Below are positions 1-7,772 of a stretch of 64,000 nucleotides of DNA, piece by piece. Both the position numbers and the translations under genes were made by a program. The stretch lies in the IMG/VR virus record IMGVR_UViG_3300037851_001309, positions 11,805 to 75,804 of that record; one strand, 5' to 3'. Each line of letters opens with the position of its first letter. Within the stretch, counting starts at the first letter, position 1. Origin of the DNA: a virus. Its lineage: Duplodnaviria; Caudoviricetes. The notes under the pieces were generated by a model. That model had not been told where the DNA came from and made no database searches. It worked only from the letters and a program-made list of their open reading frames with translations.

Positions 1-1715
1 CGACCATATACCTGAAGGAAGGCCTGTCTGTACAGGTCACTTGGGGAAGTTGGTATTGAAGTTCCTCGATACATTTTGCTACGAGAATAGCTGATATTAA
101 GATATCTTTTTGCTCTAGTTATAGCCACGAAAAATAGTCTTCGTTCTTCTTCAACATCCACGGAATTCGTGTGGGGCCATAATTCATGCTCAATCCCCAC
201 CACAAAAACTCTGTCAAATTCCAATCCCTTGCTCCCATGGGCTGTAATAAGATTCACACCATTCTCAGCATCTCTTTCAAGAAAAGTGCTGGCCAGGATG
301 AGTTCTTCCACAGTATCATAATTCACAACAGCATCGCGAAGGGATGCTATCATATAGCGGTCTGAATCTTTTTCTATTGTATTCATATACCCAGAACGAT
401 TTAAATACTCCTCCAAAGCAGGAGCTGGAGGCATCCCCTTAATATCCTTCAAAAGACTTAAGAGGTTTTTAATTTGAGGCATGTCTTCAGCAATCCCTTC
501 TACATATTCTCGACCCTGTAAAAGTAATTGCTCTTTCTTTGCATCACCAAATCCCCGCTTTGGGTTATTGATGATTCTACAGAGACTTTCTCGATCCTTT
601 TCATTATTGGAAGCTTTTAAAGCAGAAAGCAAGTCTTTACATATTTTTCTTTGAAAGAAGGGCAGGTTATTCACAACCTTATAGGGTATCCGATACCGAG
701 AAAATGTCTGTTCAAACAACAGTGATCGGGTATTTATTCTGTAGATCACCGCCGTTTCATTATAATTTCCCATTTTCATGATAGCCTGGGAGATCTGATC
801 AGCTTCCTGTTCCTGACTGGCAAACTCAGACAGGCTCACCTTACCTATGATGCCCGATTTTGCAATCATGGGCTTACCAAATTGTTGGAATCCATTAGAA
901 ATTGAAATAACCTCAGGGCATGACCTATAGTTATATGTCAAGTATCTTGTATGAGCGTTATATTCTTTAACAAATTTCTCTATATTCTGAGGGTAGGCTC
1001 CTCGCCAGCTATAAATCGACTGGGCCCTATCGCCAATCACGAACATCGTTTTTGTTTTGTCCGTGTAAAGAAGCGTGAGTATTTCAAATTGAATTTTACT
1101 GGTATCCTGGACCTCATCTACCAAAATATGTTGCCATTTACTGGAAAAGTAAGTTTGACAGGCTTCAGTTTTTAGGCAGTTCCTTGACAAAATCAAAAGA
1201 TCGTCAAAATCGCAGGCATTGTTGGTCCTGAGTATCTCATGGTATTGGTTAAACACGTCGAGATAAGTCTCATCACTCGGGATCCTATCCTCCGATTTGC
1301 ATTGACTAATCATTTCAAGAAACTCATATGGGTCGCCCGGGAGTTCTCGAGCTTTCACAATCGTTTTTATGATGGATAGTTGATCACTATCATCATATAT
1401 GGTAAAGGGCATTTTCAGGTAAGTATTGTGGATAAATGCCTTGATAATCCTGACAGCCATGCTGTGGATGGTACTAACCTGCATTTTTGAGACATCGGTA
1501 TACTTCTTAAGACGCTCCTTTATCTCATTGGCTGCTTTATTCGTAAATGTTATTGCAAGGATAGATTCAGGCCGTGCTCCTGCTGAATCCAAGATGTAAT
1601 GTATCTTGGCTACGAGACTTTTAGTTTTACCTGCACCGGCAGATGCAGTACAAAAAACAGGTGAAGGGCAGGTGATTGCTGAGTATTGTTCATCATTCAA
1701 ACCATATTTATTCAT
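1..1715 (-). CDS. uvrD: UvrD/PcrA/Rep superfamily 1 DNA helicase (3' end runs off the window; about 571 aa visible)
   Basis: Absent from the ORF track because there is no stop in the window. Manual translation from ATG 1715 gives LNDEQYSAI (Q motif), ASAGAGKT (Walker A), AITFTNKAANEIKERL (Ia), STIHSM (Ib), LVDEVQD (II), IGDRAQSIYSWRG (III), TAHGSKGLEFDRV (V) and EEERRLFFVAITRAK (VI). Confidence 0.96.
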   Translation of the reverse strand, partial: MNKYGLNDEQYSAITCPSPVFCTASAGAGKTKSLVAKIHYILDSAGARPESILAITFTNKAANEIKERLKKYTDVSKMQVSTIHSMAVRIIKAFIHNTYLKMPFTIYDDSDQLSIIKTIVKARELPGDPYEFLEMISQCKSEDRIPSDETYLDVFNQYHEILRTNNACDFDDLLILSRNCLKTEACQTYFSSKWQHILVDEVQDTSKIQFEILTLLYTDKTKTMFVIGDRAQSIYSWRGAYPQNIEKFVKEYNAHTRYLTYNYRSCPEVISISNGFQQFGKPMIAKSGIIGKVSLSEFASQEQEADQISQAIMKMGNYNETAVIYRINTRSLLFEQTFSRYRIPYKVVNNLPFFQRKICKDLLSALKASNNEKDRESLCRIINNPKRGFGDAKKEQLLLQGREYVEGIAEDMPQIKNLLSLLKDIKGMPPAPALEEYLNRSGYMNTIEKDSDRYMIASLRDAVVNYDTVEELILASTFLERDAENGVNLITAHGSKGLEFDRVFVVGIEHELWPHTNSVDVEEERRLFFVAITRAKRYLNISYSRSKMYRGTSIPTSPSDLYRQAFLQVYG

Positions 1716-1870
1716 CGATTTTTCTTACCTTTTCGAATCAAACTTCTCCGCAGTTTCACCAACTGCAGTATCTTTTTCGCATACTCTTCTTGTAACAACG
1801 GGTCATTCCTCATTGCTTGCGTTTCAATCTGAAGCTTTTCTATGTTCTTCTTAATGTCAGCTATTTCCAT
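1712..1870 (-). CDS. Small basic helical hypothetical protein (52 aa)
   Basis: Manual translation: MEIADIKKNIEKLQIETQAMRNDPLLQEEYAKKILQLVKLRRSLIRKGKKNR*. It fills the gap exactly, and its TGA overlaps the helicase ATG (ATGA). Confidence 0.6.
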   Translation of the reverse strand: MEIADIKKNIEKLQIETQAMRNDPLLQEEYAKKILQLVKLRRSLIRKGKKNR

Positions 1871-2252
1871 GTTTGTTCCTGATAATTTTCAACACTACTT
1901 CTTTTCCATCAATATCTTTTTTGTCAAGATCATGATAGCAGATAACACGATAGACTGAACTGGGAATTGTTTTTGGAGAATAAATTTTCCGAGTCCCGTA
2001 GGTCATCCGCAGAGCTTTTTCCAGAGTATCTGATCCAACAACAATAGGACATCCGGAAATTTTAGATGCCCGTATGAGGGCCCCGTCTAATATGGCACTG
2101 TTTATGTTGTATGCATCAAAAGCTACTCCATCTATCATACATCTCAATAAATATTCGGAAACCCTGATAATACTATTAGACGTCCTGAACTGGTACGCCT
2201 GTGGTTTCAGTCTCAGCGTTTCCTTTTTGATTATTTGTTGGTAACGGTCCAT
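1857..2252 (-). CDS. Hypothetical protein (131 aa)
   Basis: ORF track; co-oriented and tightly packed with neighbours; no recognisable motif. Confidence 0.65.
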   Translation of the reverse strand: MDRYQQIIKKETLRLKPQAYQFRTSNSIIRVSEYLLRCMIDGVAFDAYNINSAILDGALIRASKISGCPIVVGSDTLEKALRMTYGTRKIYSPKTIPSSVYRVICYHDLDKKDIDGKEVVLKIIRNKHGNS

Positions 2253-2425
2253 GCTTTTCTTTTAACCAAAAAAAGATATCCTTGGGAATATACCCACCTG
2301 TAAAAATCAGCAGGCATTAATGTTATGTACTTATCAGAGACAGCATAAAAACCGTTTCTTTTTTCTAAAATCCTTCGTGCCCTTCTCATGATAAAGTCGC
2401 TCACGTCCTTCGATAACTCATTCAA
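2231..2425 (-). CDS. Hypothetical protein (64 aa)
   Basis: ORF track; short overlaps with both neighbours; preceded by GGAG. Confidence 0.6.
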   Translation of the reverse strand: MNELSKDVSDFIMRRARRILEKRNGFYAVSDKYITLMPADFYRWVYSQGYLFLVKRKAWTVTNK

Positions 2426-2795
2426 AGTTATTTCTCATGCTCCTCTCATCTGTATTAATACCACTTAGCCTCAATCTTTCATTTGGATCTTCTTGAGCAT
2501 TCATAATATCCTTGGATAAGGAGTGTGCTACCGGGGCCGGTATTTTTAAATGAAGCTCATACTCTCCAGCGGACGTTTCAGAATGATGCACAGAAACAAA
2601 TCTTAATGGGACAGAAACCTGATAGCCCCCAGGACCTCGAAAAAGCACGGACTTACCCCGAATTGGAGTCTGAACTCCAACAATATCATCTGAACATTTT
2701 TGATGATTCTGCAGATACTTTACGATAGTATCAGTAGCATCTACGAATACTTTTTTCTTTTTTGTCTTATTATTAGCTAAATCATATCTACTCAT
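2418..2795 (-). CDS. Hypothetical protein (about 125 aa, MSRYDLANN...)
   Basis: The ORF track extends to 2984, but that extension crosses a terminator hairpin (2903-2930). ATG 2795, preceded by GATAGGA, is the more likely start. Confidence 0.6.
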   Translation of the reverse strand: MSRYDLANNKTKKKKVFVDATDTIVKYLQNHQKCSDDIVGVQTPIRGKSVLFRGPGGYQVSVPLRFVSVHHSETSAGEYELHLKIPAPVAHSLSKDIMNAQEDPNERLRLSGINTDERSMRNNFE

Positions 2796-2902
2796 AATAA
2801 TCAGTCCTATCACACTCATCCAGACAGGGCTTTTTAGATCTCCCTGTTTTTCGAGCAAGACAATAGAGGGGCTGAGGGGGTTCGGAGGCCCGTCGTGGCT
2901 AC

Positions 2903-2930
2903 AAAAAGGGGAGGGTATACTCCCCTTTTT
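2903..2930. terminator. Intrinsic terminator, potentially bidirectional
   Basis: Perfect 11-bp inverted repeat AAAAAGGGGAG-ggtata-CTCCCCTTTTT just after the stop at 2938, with a T-run on both strands. Confidence 0.85.
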
Positions 2931-2937
2931 TACAGTA

Positions 2938-3579
2938 TTAGGCTTTCTTTTGTTCTTCATCATCAGGATCTGGAGATAAAACAAAAGACGTGGAGCTACT
3001 ATTCAAAGACCCTGACACAGCATTAGGATCAACGGTAGCCCCTGTAAAGGCCTTTAGAACGTTAGCTTGAGTTTCACTCAAATACATATCCCCAAGCATG
3101 TCTGCTGAAGCACTCCTTCCAGTACTCATTGCATACCGGTAAGAGATAGCCATTTTAACACCCTTAGTTCGATATGTATGAGAATCGGAACAGTTCGTAA
3201 CCATGTTCTGGAACATGGCCATAACCGGTTCAGCATTGACCATAAGGGAACCATTCTCCTGAACAAACTTAATACCACTGTTAAGAATATTCCGAGCTTC
3301 CCCAAACTGGCCCTGATTGGCCTTCTCCTGGGCTTCTTTCTGAATTTTAGATGCCTCAATCAAAAGGAGCTGCTTCCGGACGTCTTCATTAGGCTCTTTA
3401 GGAGCCTTGTCCGGTTTCACATATTGGATCCGGATATTTTCAGCACTACTTTCTAATAATTTTGTTTCTACGTCTGTATACTCAACAGCAAGGGTACAGA
3501 CCCGTGCCCCCCCCCCCAGAAGAGGGGACAACCTGAGCATAGCCCCAATTTTGTTCCTCATCTCCTTGCTTCCTAACAA
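2938..3579 (-). CDS. Protein resembling the C-terminal (Vwaint-like) part of vWA-domain proteins, lacking the vWA domain; start uncertain
   Basis: The pattern V-x-Y-x-D...EDVRKQLLLIEASKIQKEAQEKANQGQFGEARNIL...YRTKGVKMAISY...GRS...YLSETQANVL resembles the helical tail of vWA-Vwaint proteins (recalled, not searched). No DxSxS MIDAS motif is present. A G11 tract lies near the 5' end. Confidence 0.5.
   Translation of the reverse strand: MLGSKEMRNKIGAMLRLSPLLGGGARVCTLAVEYTDVETKLLESSAENIRIQYVKPDKAPKEPNEDVRKQLLLIEASKIQKEAQEKANQGQFGEARNILNSGIKFVQENGSLMVNAEPVMAMFQNMVTNCSDSHTYRTKGVKMAISYRYAMSTGRSASADMLGDMYLSETQANVLKAFTGATVDPNAVSGSLNSSSTSFVLSPDPDDEEQKKA
3507..3517 (-). repeat. G11 homopolymer tract (C11 on + strand) inside the 5' part of the 2938-3579 ORF
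   Basis: Eleven consecutive C at 3507-3517; the longest G/C run I noticed in the window. Confidence 0.9.
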
Positions 3580-3718
3580 TTATTCTCCAGGTAGACCTCG
3601 ATGCAAAAAATGAAATTTTAATATCCATTTTTTTCACATATCTTTCTAAGTCATGAAACCTTCTCAGGTTTATCCTCTGTTTTTTGAGGCTCTTTTATTA
3701 AAATCGTAGCGTCCCATA

Positions 3719-5320
3719 TCACTTATCGGAACATCCAGGAGGTCTCTTTTCGATTTCCGAAATCAAATTATCGATTTGATCCCTGATCCTTAAAACATTC
3801 TCCTCTTCATTAGGGTGAGCAAAACGGGCTCGAACGCCGTCTTTACGGATAGGGTCCCACCCTACCCAATCAAGAAGATATTTTAACTGCTCAGCCATTG
3901 TTGTAAGTAGATTGGTTTTCTTATTAAGAACATTCACAATAGCTTCCGTAGATAATTCCTTGTCCTGAAAAAAAGAATCGTACATAGATTCTCTAAGAAC
4001 CTGTTCAAGTTCCCGACCAGAAAGATCTTTACTTTCTTTTGCTATTCTTTCAAGATCTATTTTCTCAGGATCCCGCTGAAGCTTCTTAATATGAATCCTG
4101 AAAATATCAATGCATTCCTGCAGTTGGGGCAGATTAACGAAAAATGTTTCATCAAATCGTTGGATCATCTCCGGTGGTAAATATCGAATGTTATTACTGG
4201 TTGCAATAGTAAACACAGGCTTAATGCAATCCTGCATCCACGTCAAAAAGGTCCCAATAACACGAGCGGTCACCCCAGAGTCTGAAAAAGTTGAGGACTG
4301 CGATCCCGCAAAGCCCTTCTCAATTTCATCTATAAAGAGCACACAAGGTGAAATATTTTCTACTATAGTCAAAAGCCTACGGATATTATGCTCGCTTTCC
4401 CCTACCCTACTGGAGAATACTCTACTGGGGTCAAAGGCAACTAAGGGCAATCCCCATTGATTGCCAAGGGCTTTTGCACATAAACTTTTACCGCACCCGG
4501 GGAGGCCCACTAAAAGCAGACCTTTCATCATAGGCAACCCAAACTCTTTACCCTTTACTGTCCAACCCCCGTAGCTCTTCTTTATCCAGGCCTTCAAAGT
4601 ATCCATCCCGCCAATATCATCGAAATTAATATTGGTTTCCATTAAACTGAGGAGATCTGTTTTGGCAATGGATGATTTTTTGAATTCCCGGATAAAATCC
4701 AGATCAATTCGTTGATGCAACTGCCAGCTCTGCAGATAGGCCTGCTCAACCTCAAATAAGGTCAGCCCCTTCAGATTATTAACAACTTCATCAGACGGCC
4801 GTACTTCATTTTTCAGCTCTAATTTTTCAACGACTGCGTCGGACTGTTCCTTAAGTTGATTTTCATTTGGTAAATCATAAAAAACAACTTCACTGAGCCT
4901 TTCCAGTTGTGAAGGAACACAGACCGTTTGCGATAAAAAGATCATGTTGACGGTAAAATCAGTATCCAATTGGTATCGACTGAGGATATCCTTTATTTTT
5001 CGAACGATCTGGCGATCACCTATATAGCTATCACAATCCAGGAAAACATAGGTGTCAAAATGATTGTTCGTACCGTGGAAGGTCCTTGTCAATACCCCAT
5101 TAAGGACATCAAGAGTTGATTCACTTTTACCATTGGGAGGAGAAAACTTCGTCTTAACAAGATCGGTCAGTTTAACCACCCGGGTCAACGTCGTACTATA
5201 GACGTAATAATTCCCTTTGTTATACCGATCATTTAAGTATCGGAGGACTTCTACATCACTTTCGCAGACCACAAAGATACATGGCCTGTTGGCGGCTAAA
5301 CAATTGTCAAGACTCAGCAT
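3719..5320 (-). CDS. ycf46: Ycf46/SpoVK-type AAA+ ATPase with a degenerate N-terminal AAA-like domain and an intact C-terminal AAA module
   Basis: Walker A GLPGCGKS, pore loop SSRVGESE, Walker B VLFIDEIEK, sensor ATSN, SRH LPPEMIQRFDE and lid DLSGRELEQ. The N-half has the Ycf46 pattern (RPCIFVVCESD...VVFYDLPNE...LKGLTLFEVEQAY). Confidence 0.88.
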   Translation of the reverse strand: MLSLDNCLAANRPCIFVVCESDVEVLRYLNDRYNKGNYYVYSTTLTRVVKLTDLVKTKFSPPNGKSESTLDVLNGVLTRTFHGTNNHFDTYVFLDCDSYIGDRQIVRKIKDILSRYQLDTDFTVNMIFLSQTVCVPSQLERLSEVVFYDLPNENQLKEQSDAVVEKLELKNEVRPSDEVVNNLKGLTLFEVEQAYLQSWQLHQRIDLDFIREFKKSSIAKTDLLSLMETNINFDDIGGMDTLKAWIKKSYGGWTVKGKEFGLPMMKGLLLVGLPGCGKSLCAKALGNQWGLPLVAFDPSRVFSSRVGESEHNIRRLLTIVENISPCVLFIDEIEKGFAGSQSSTFSDSGVTARVIGTFLTWMQDCIKPVFTIATSNNIRYLPPEMIQRFDETFFVNLPQLQECIDIFRIHIKKLQRDPEKIDLERIAKESKDLSGRELEQVLRESMYDSFFQDKELSTEAIVNVLNKKTNLLTTMAEQLKYLLDWVGWDPIRKDGVRARFAHPNEEENVLRIRDQIDNLISEIEKRPPGCSDK

Positions 5321-5382
5321 ACTGGTTCCTCATCTTTTTGCTTCTCCAGACTACCCTTTATGTTTTTGAGGTAGCCTTTAAT

Positions 5383-5694
5383 TTATTGAGTAATATGGAG
5401 TTCTATCTCTCCATTGGCCATCTTGGTCTCTCTGATCTGCATGCCTTCCTTGATGGCCCTGTCTTTGTAAAAGTTGACCATATACTGCTGTTTGATTTTA
5501 TCAACTTCCGAAGTATTCGTATCATCATAGGAAACTTCTCCGGTTTTCGCGTTGAAACTGATGTGATGATATGAACGGTGGATTTCAACAACGTCCTGAT
5601 TTACTTCCGTAAAAACATGCCCCATCTGATTGAGGGTGTCTTTCAAGATGAGCATGTCTCTGACTTCGAACTGCACTACAACTTTGCGTGACAT
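5383..5694 (-). CDS. DUF1257 (Ycf35)-like protein
   Basis: N-terminal EVRDMLILKDTLNQMG and C-terminal DKIKQQYMVNFYKDRAIKEGMQIRETKMANGEIELHI match the recalled DUF1257 pattern. It lies beside a Ycf46-type ATPase, the usual context. Confidence 0.7.
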   Translation of the reverse strand: MSRKVVVQFEVRDMLILKDTLNQMGHVFTEVNQDVVEIHRSYHHISFNAKTGEVSYDDTNTSEVDKIKQQYMVNFYKDRAIKEGMQIRETKMANGEIELHITQ

Positions 5695-5698
5695 GATT

Positions 5699-5875
5699 TT
5701 AGCTCCTTTGGTGTACGTCTTGATAGACGGGGGTGTGTTCTTTGTCTTCGTCTTTTACTACTTTGCCGGCCATCTTCCCGAGTTCGGAAAGCTTGAAACA
5801 CTGATCAGTCTTTTCCTGGCCTTCAATACGGGAAGAGCCATTCTTCCCTATGACAATTTTAGTATTTGGAAGCAT
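5699..5875 (-). CDS. DUF2997-like small protein (58 aa)
   Basis: Below the ORF-track cut-off. Manual translation: MLPNTKIVIGKNGSSRIEGQEKTDQCFKLSELGKMAGKVVKDEDKEHTPVYQDVHQRS*. Strong RBS AAGGAGGG. The I-x-I-x-x-x-G-x-x-x-I-E-G...C pattern and the position next to DUF1257 fit DUF2997. Confidence 0.65.
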   Translation of the reverse strand: MLPNTKIVIGKNGSSRIEGQEKTDQCFKLSELGKMAGKVVKDEDKEHTPVYQDVHQRS

Positions 5876-5921
5876 ATTTGCTCCCTCCTTTCAGTAAAAA
5901 ATTCATGCAAGAATCAGAGCT

Positions 5922-6626
5922 TCACGGGTTTTGATCCAATTTAGAAAACAATCGACCATACTCAAACCCGTTGACTGCCGGACGGATATTCCACTTATCC
6001 ATGAACGCCTCCATATCTTTCTTATGCCACTCAGTAATTCCTTTGGATGCATTCAGCCTATGGATTACTTTTGATTCAGGCTCGTACCATACCTCAAAAC
6101 CTCTATAACGAGCCCAATAGCAAAAATCGCTGTCTGAGTACAACAAAAACATATTGGTATCCATAAGACCTATTTGTTGTACCATAGAGCGTTTAAACAT
6201 AACAGATGCAAAATTTACCCAGGTTTGCTTCTCCGGAAGTCTGCAATGCCCCATGGATATGTAACCACCCTTATGGGCCCCGGCTGGAAATGCCCTAAGG
6301 GTTCCCCCATGACGAATCAAATCAGGGTTGTCCTGATCGATTTGCATTGATCCGGCAATCCCTATCTTTTCACTATAATTCAATCGTTTAATTAAAGCTT
6401 CTTGGGCCCCTGGAAGAACCTGAGCATCTTGGTTCAATAACCAAATATAAGGGGCTGACCCTTTAAGGATCCCATCATTATTTGCTTTGGTAAACCCTAA
6501 ATTTTTCTGATTATTATCCAGGGTAATCAAGTTAAAATCTGTGCAGTTTTTATTTATAGACTCAACGAGTTGATCGTAATCTTTCCGATCCCCATAAAGG
6601 ACAACAATAATATCTGTAGTTATCAT
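5922..6626 (-). CDS. Glycosyltransferase family 2 (GT-A fold, WbbL/RfbF-like)
   Basis: IIVVLY; NLGFTKANNDG; YIWLLNQDAQV (DxD-equivalent); FASVMFKRSMVQQIGLMDTNMFLLYSDSDFCYWARYRGFEVWYEPESKVIH. Confidence 0.9.
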   Translation of the reverse strand: MITTDIIVVLYGDRKDYDQLVESINKNCTDFNLITLDNNQKNLGFTKANNDGILKGSAPYIWLLNQDAQVLPGAQEALIKRLNYSEKIGIAGSMQIDQDNPDLIRHGGTLRAFPAGAHKGGYISMGHCRLPEKQTWVNFASVMFKRSMVQQIGLMDTNMFLLYSDSDFCYWARYRGFEVWYEPESKVIHRLNASKGITEWHKKDMEAFMDKWNIRPAVNGFEYGRLFSKLDQNP

Positions 6627-6633
6627 TTTTTTC

Positions 6634-6819
6634 CTATCTGATTGTTTTATAGACCTTATATGGCAAAGAAATCGTGTCCAAGTTCACCGCAATCGACACA
6701 AACCCGCCCCCATCATCTATGGAATTTATGGCCTGGTTCTCCGTTTCAGCCTCAATAATATAAACGTTATTGACGTCGCCACTCATGGCTAACTGTCGAA
6801 TTATAAGCCACTTACTCAT
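6634..6819 (-). CDS. Hypothetical protein (61 aa)
   Basis: ORF track; fills the gap between the terminator and the GT2 gene. Confidence 0.55.
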   Translation of the reverse strand: MSKWLIIRQLAMSGDVNNVYIIEAETENQAINSIDDGGGFVSIAVNLDTISLPYKVYKTIR

Positions 6820-6837
6820 TCTATCTCATTTTTTATC

Positions 6838-6883
6838 AAAAAAAATACCATACCATGAAAAGATAAACCTTCATGATATGGTA
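6838..6883 (-). terminator. Intrinsic terminator downstream of the sigma-like gene
   Basis: Minus strand TACCATATCATGAA-ggtttatctt-TTCATGGTATGGTA (14-bp stem, one G-U pair) followed by T8. Confidence 0.85.
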
Positions 6884-6903
6884 GGGGTAAAATGAGAAAA
6901 TGT

Positions 6904-7623
6904 TTAACTTGCCGAAAAAATCTTTTGATAGAATCGAGTCTTCTTAGGGGATCCGTAGACTATACCATATTCAATCAGCAGGATTTTTATCTTGTTCTTG
7001 AGGGCCGTAATGAAGGTAACGGAGGTTCCATATTTCAGAGCAATGTCCCTATTAGTGTAGCCCTGACGCATGAACTTAAAAACATCAAGGAGGCTTAGGC
7101 CATTTGATTCAACTTCTTTGCATTTCCTACGATTCAGTTTGTAGGTGCGATTCATCTTCTTCAAATACTTTTCGAAGAGATTTAGGTCGCATTCTAACCC
7201 GTCAACCTGTTCATTGACATAATTGGAATAAAGCCGATTTTCGTATTTTACTTCAAGCCCCTCTTGATTCACCGCGAATTCAATCTCTTCGTAGTCGTAG
7301 CCATCCTGTTGATTGTACCAAGGATAGTCAGAGCGAGTAATTTTGTACCGGTGATTTTCAACCTGAAACTCATTCTCTTTGTGCATATTTTTAACCATAT
7401 TATGCACGATCGGATACAGGTAAGTGCTTATCTGAGGGCACCCCTTAAAATTCGGGTCGAAATTCTGCAGAGTTTTTCTTGTGAGAAACTTCGTGTACAG
7501 GTTCTGTACTACGTCGTCAACATAGGTGGGCATGTTGAAATCATAGCAGATTCGAGTAACAAGCCGTTTTACTTCAGAATGATTGAAACGGAAAAATTCC
7601 GCTACATCTTGTGTGTAACGCAT
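6904..7623 (-). CDS. Phage-encoded sigma70-family (ECF-like) RNA polymerase sigma factor
   Basis: Region-2-like VDDVVQNLYTKFL...FDP...ISTYLYPIVHNMVKN and a region-4-like HTH VFKFMRQGYTNRDIALKYGTSVTFITALKNKI. Confidence 0.72.
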   Translation of the reverse strand: MRYTQDVAEFFRFNHSEVKRLVTRICYDFNMPTYVDDVVQNLYTKFLTRKTLQNFDPNFKGCPQISTYLYPIVHNMVKNMHKENEFQVENHRYKITRSDYPWYNQQDGYDYEEIEFAVNQEGLEVKYENRLYSNYVNEQVDGLECDLNLFEKYLKKMNRTYKLNRRKCKEVESNGLSLLDVFKFMRQGYTNRDIALKYGTSVTFITALKNKIKILLIEYGIVYGSPKKTRFYQKIFSAS

Positions 7624-7678
7624 GGTAGAACCCCTTATTTTGTATTGTGGATCCTTTGTTTTATGTCTTTCCGGCCGA

Positions 7679-7704
7679 GCTTTATGTGTTCGCGCTTTAT
7701 GTGT
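7679..7704. repeat. Two 11-bp direct repeats (GCTTTATGTGT) plus a partial third copy at 7660-7666
   Basis: Identical copies at 7679-7689 and 7694-7704, between the putative promoter and the start codon. Confidence 0.85.
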
Positions 7705-7723
7705 CGGCTAAACCGGAAACATC

Positions 7724-7752
7724 AAAATAATCGGTGTAGAAAACCAAGTCAA
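7724..7752 (-). promoter_or_regulatory. Putative host sigma70 promoter for the sigma-like gene
   Basis: Minus strand TTGACT (7752-7747), 17-nt spacer, TATTTT (7729-7724), about 100 nt upstream of ATG 7623. Confidence 0.55.
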
Positions 7753-7772
7753 GGGCACAATATTTTTTATCT

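Noticed and set aside
3636-3718. Tiny ORFs and an AAACCT-GAGA-AGGTTT hairpin after the AAA+ gene
   Set aside because: The ORFs are 15-23 codons with no support, and the 6-bp AT-rich stem has no U-tract; too weak to call.
2938-5320. Classical MoxR-vWA chaperone pair
   Set aside because: The ATPase has classical AAA-clade motifs (Ycf46/SpoVK), not MoxR signatures, and the neighbour lacks a vWA domain.
7655-7720. Mini CRISPR array
   Set aside because: Repeats are 11 bp with a 4-bp gap, far from CRISPR repeat/spacer dimensions; no cas genes. No CRISPR array was seen anywhere in the window.
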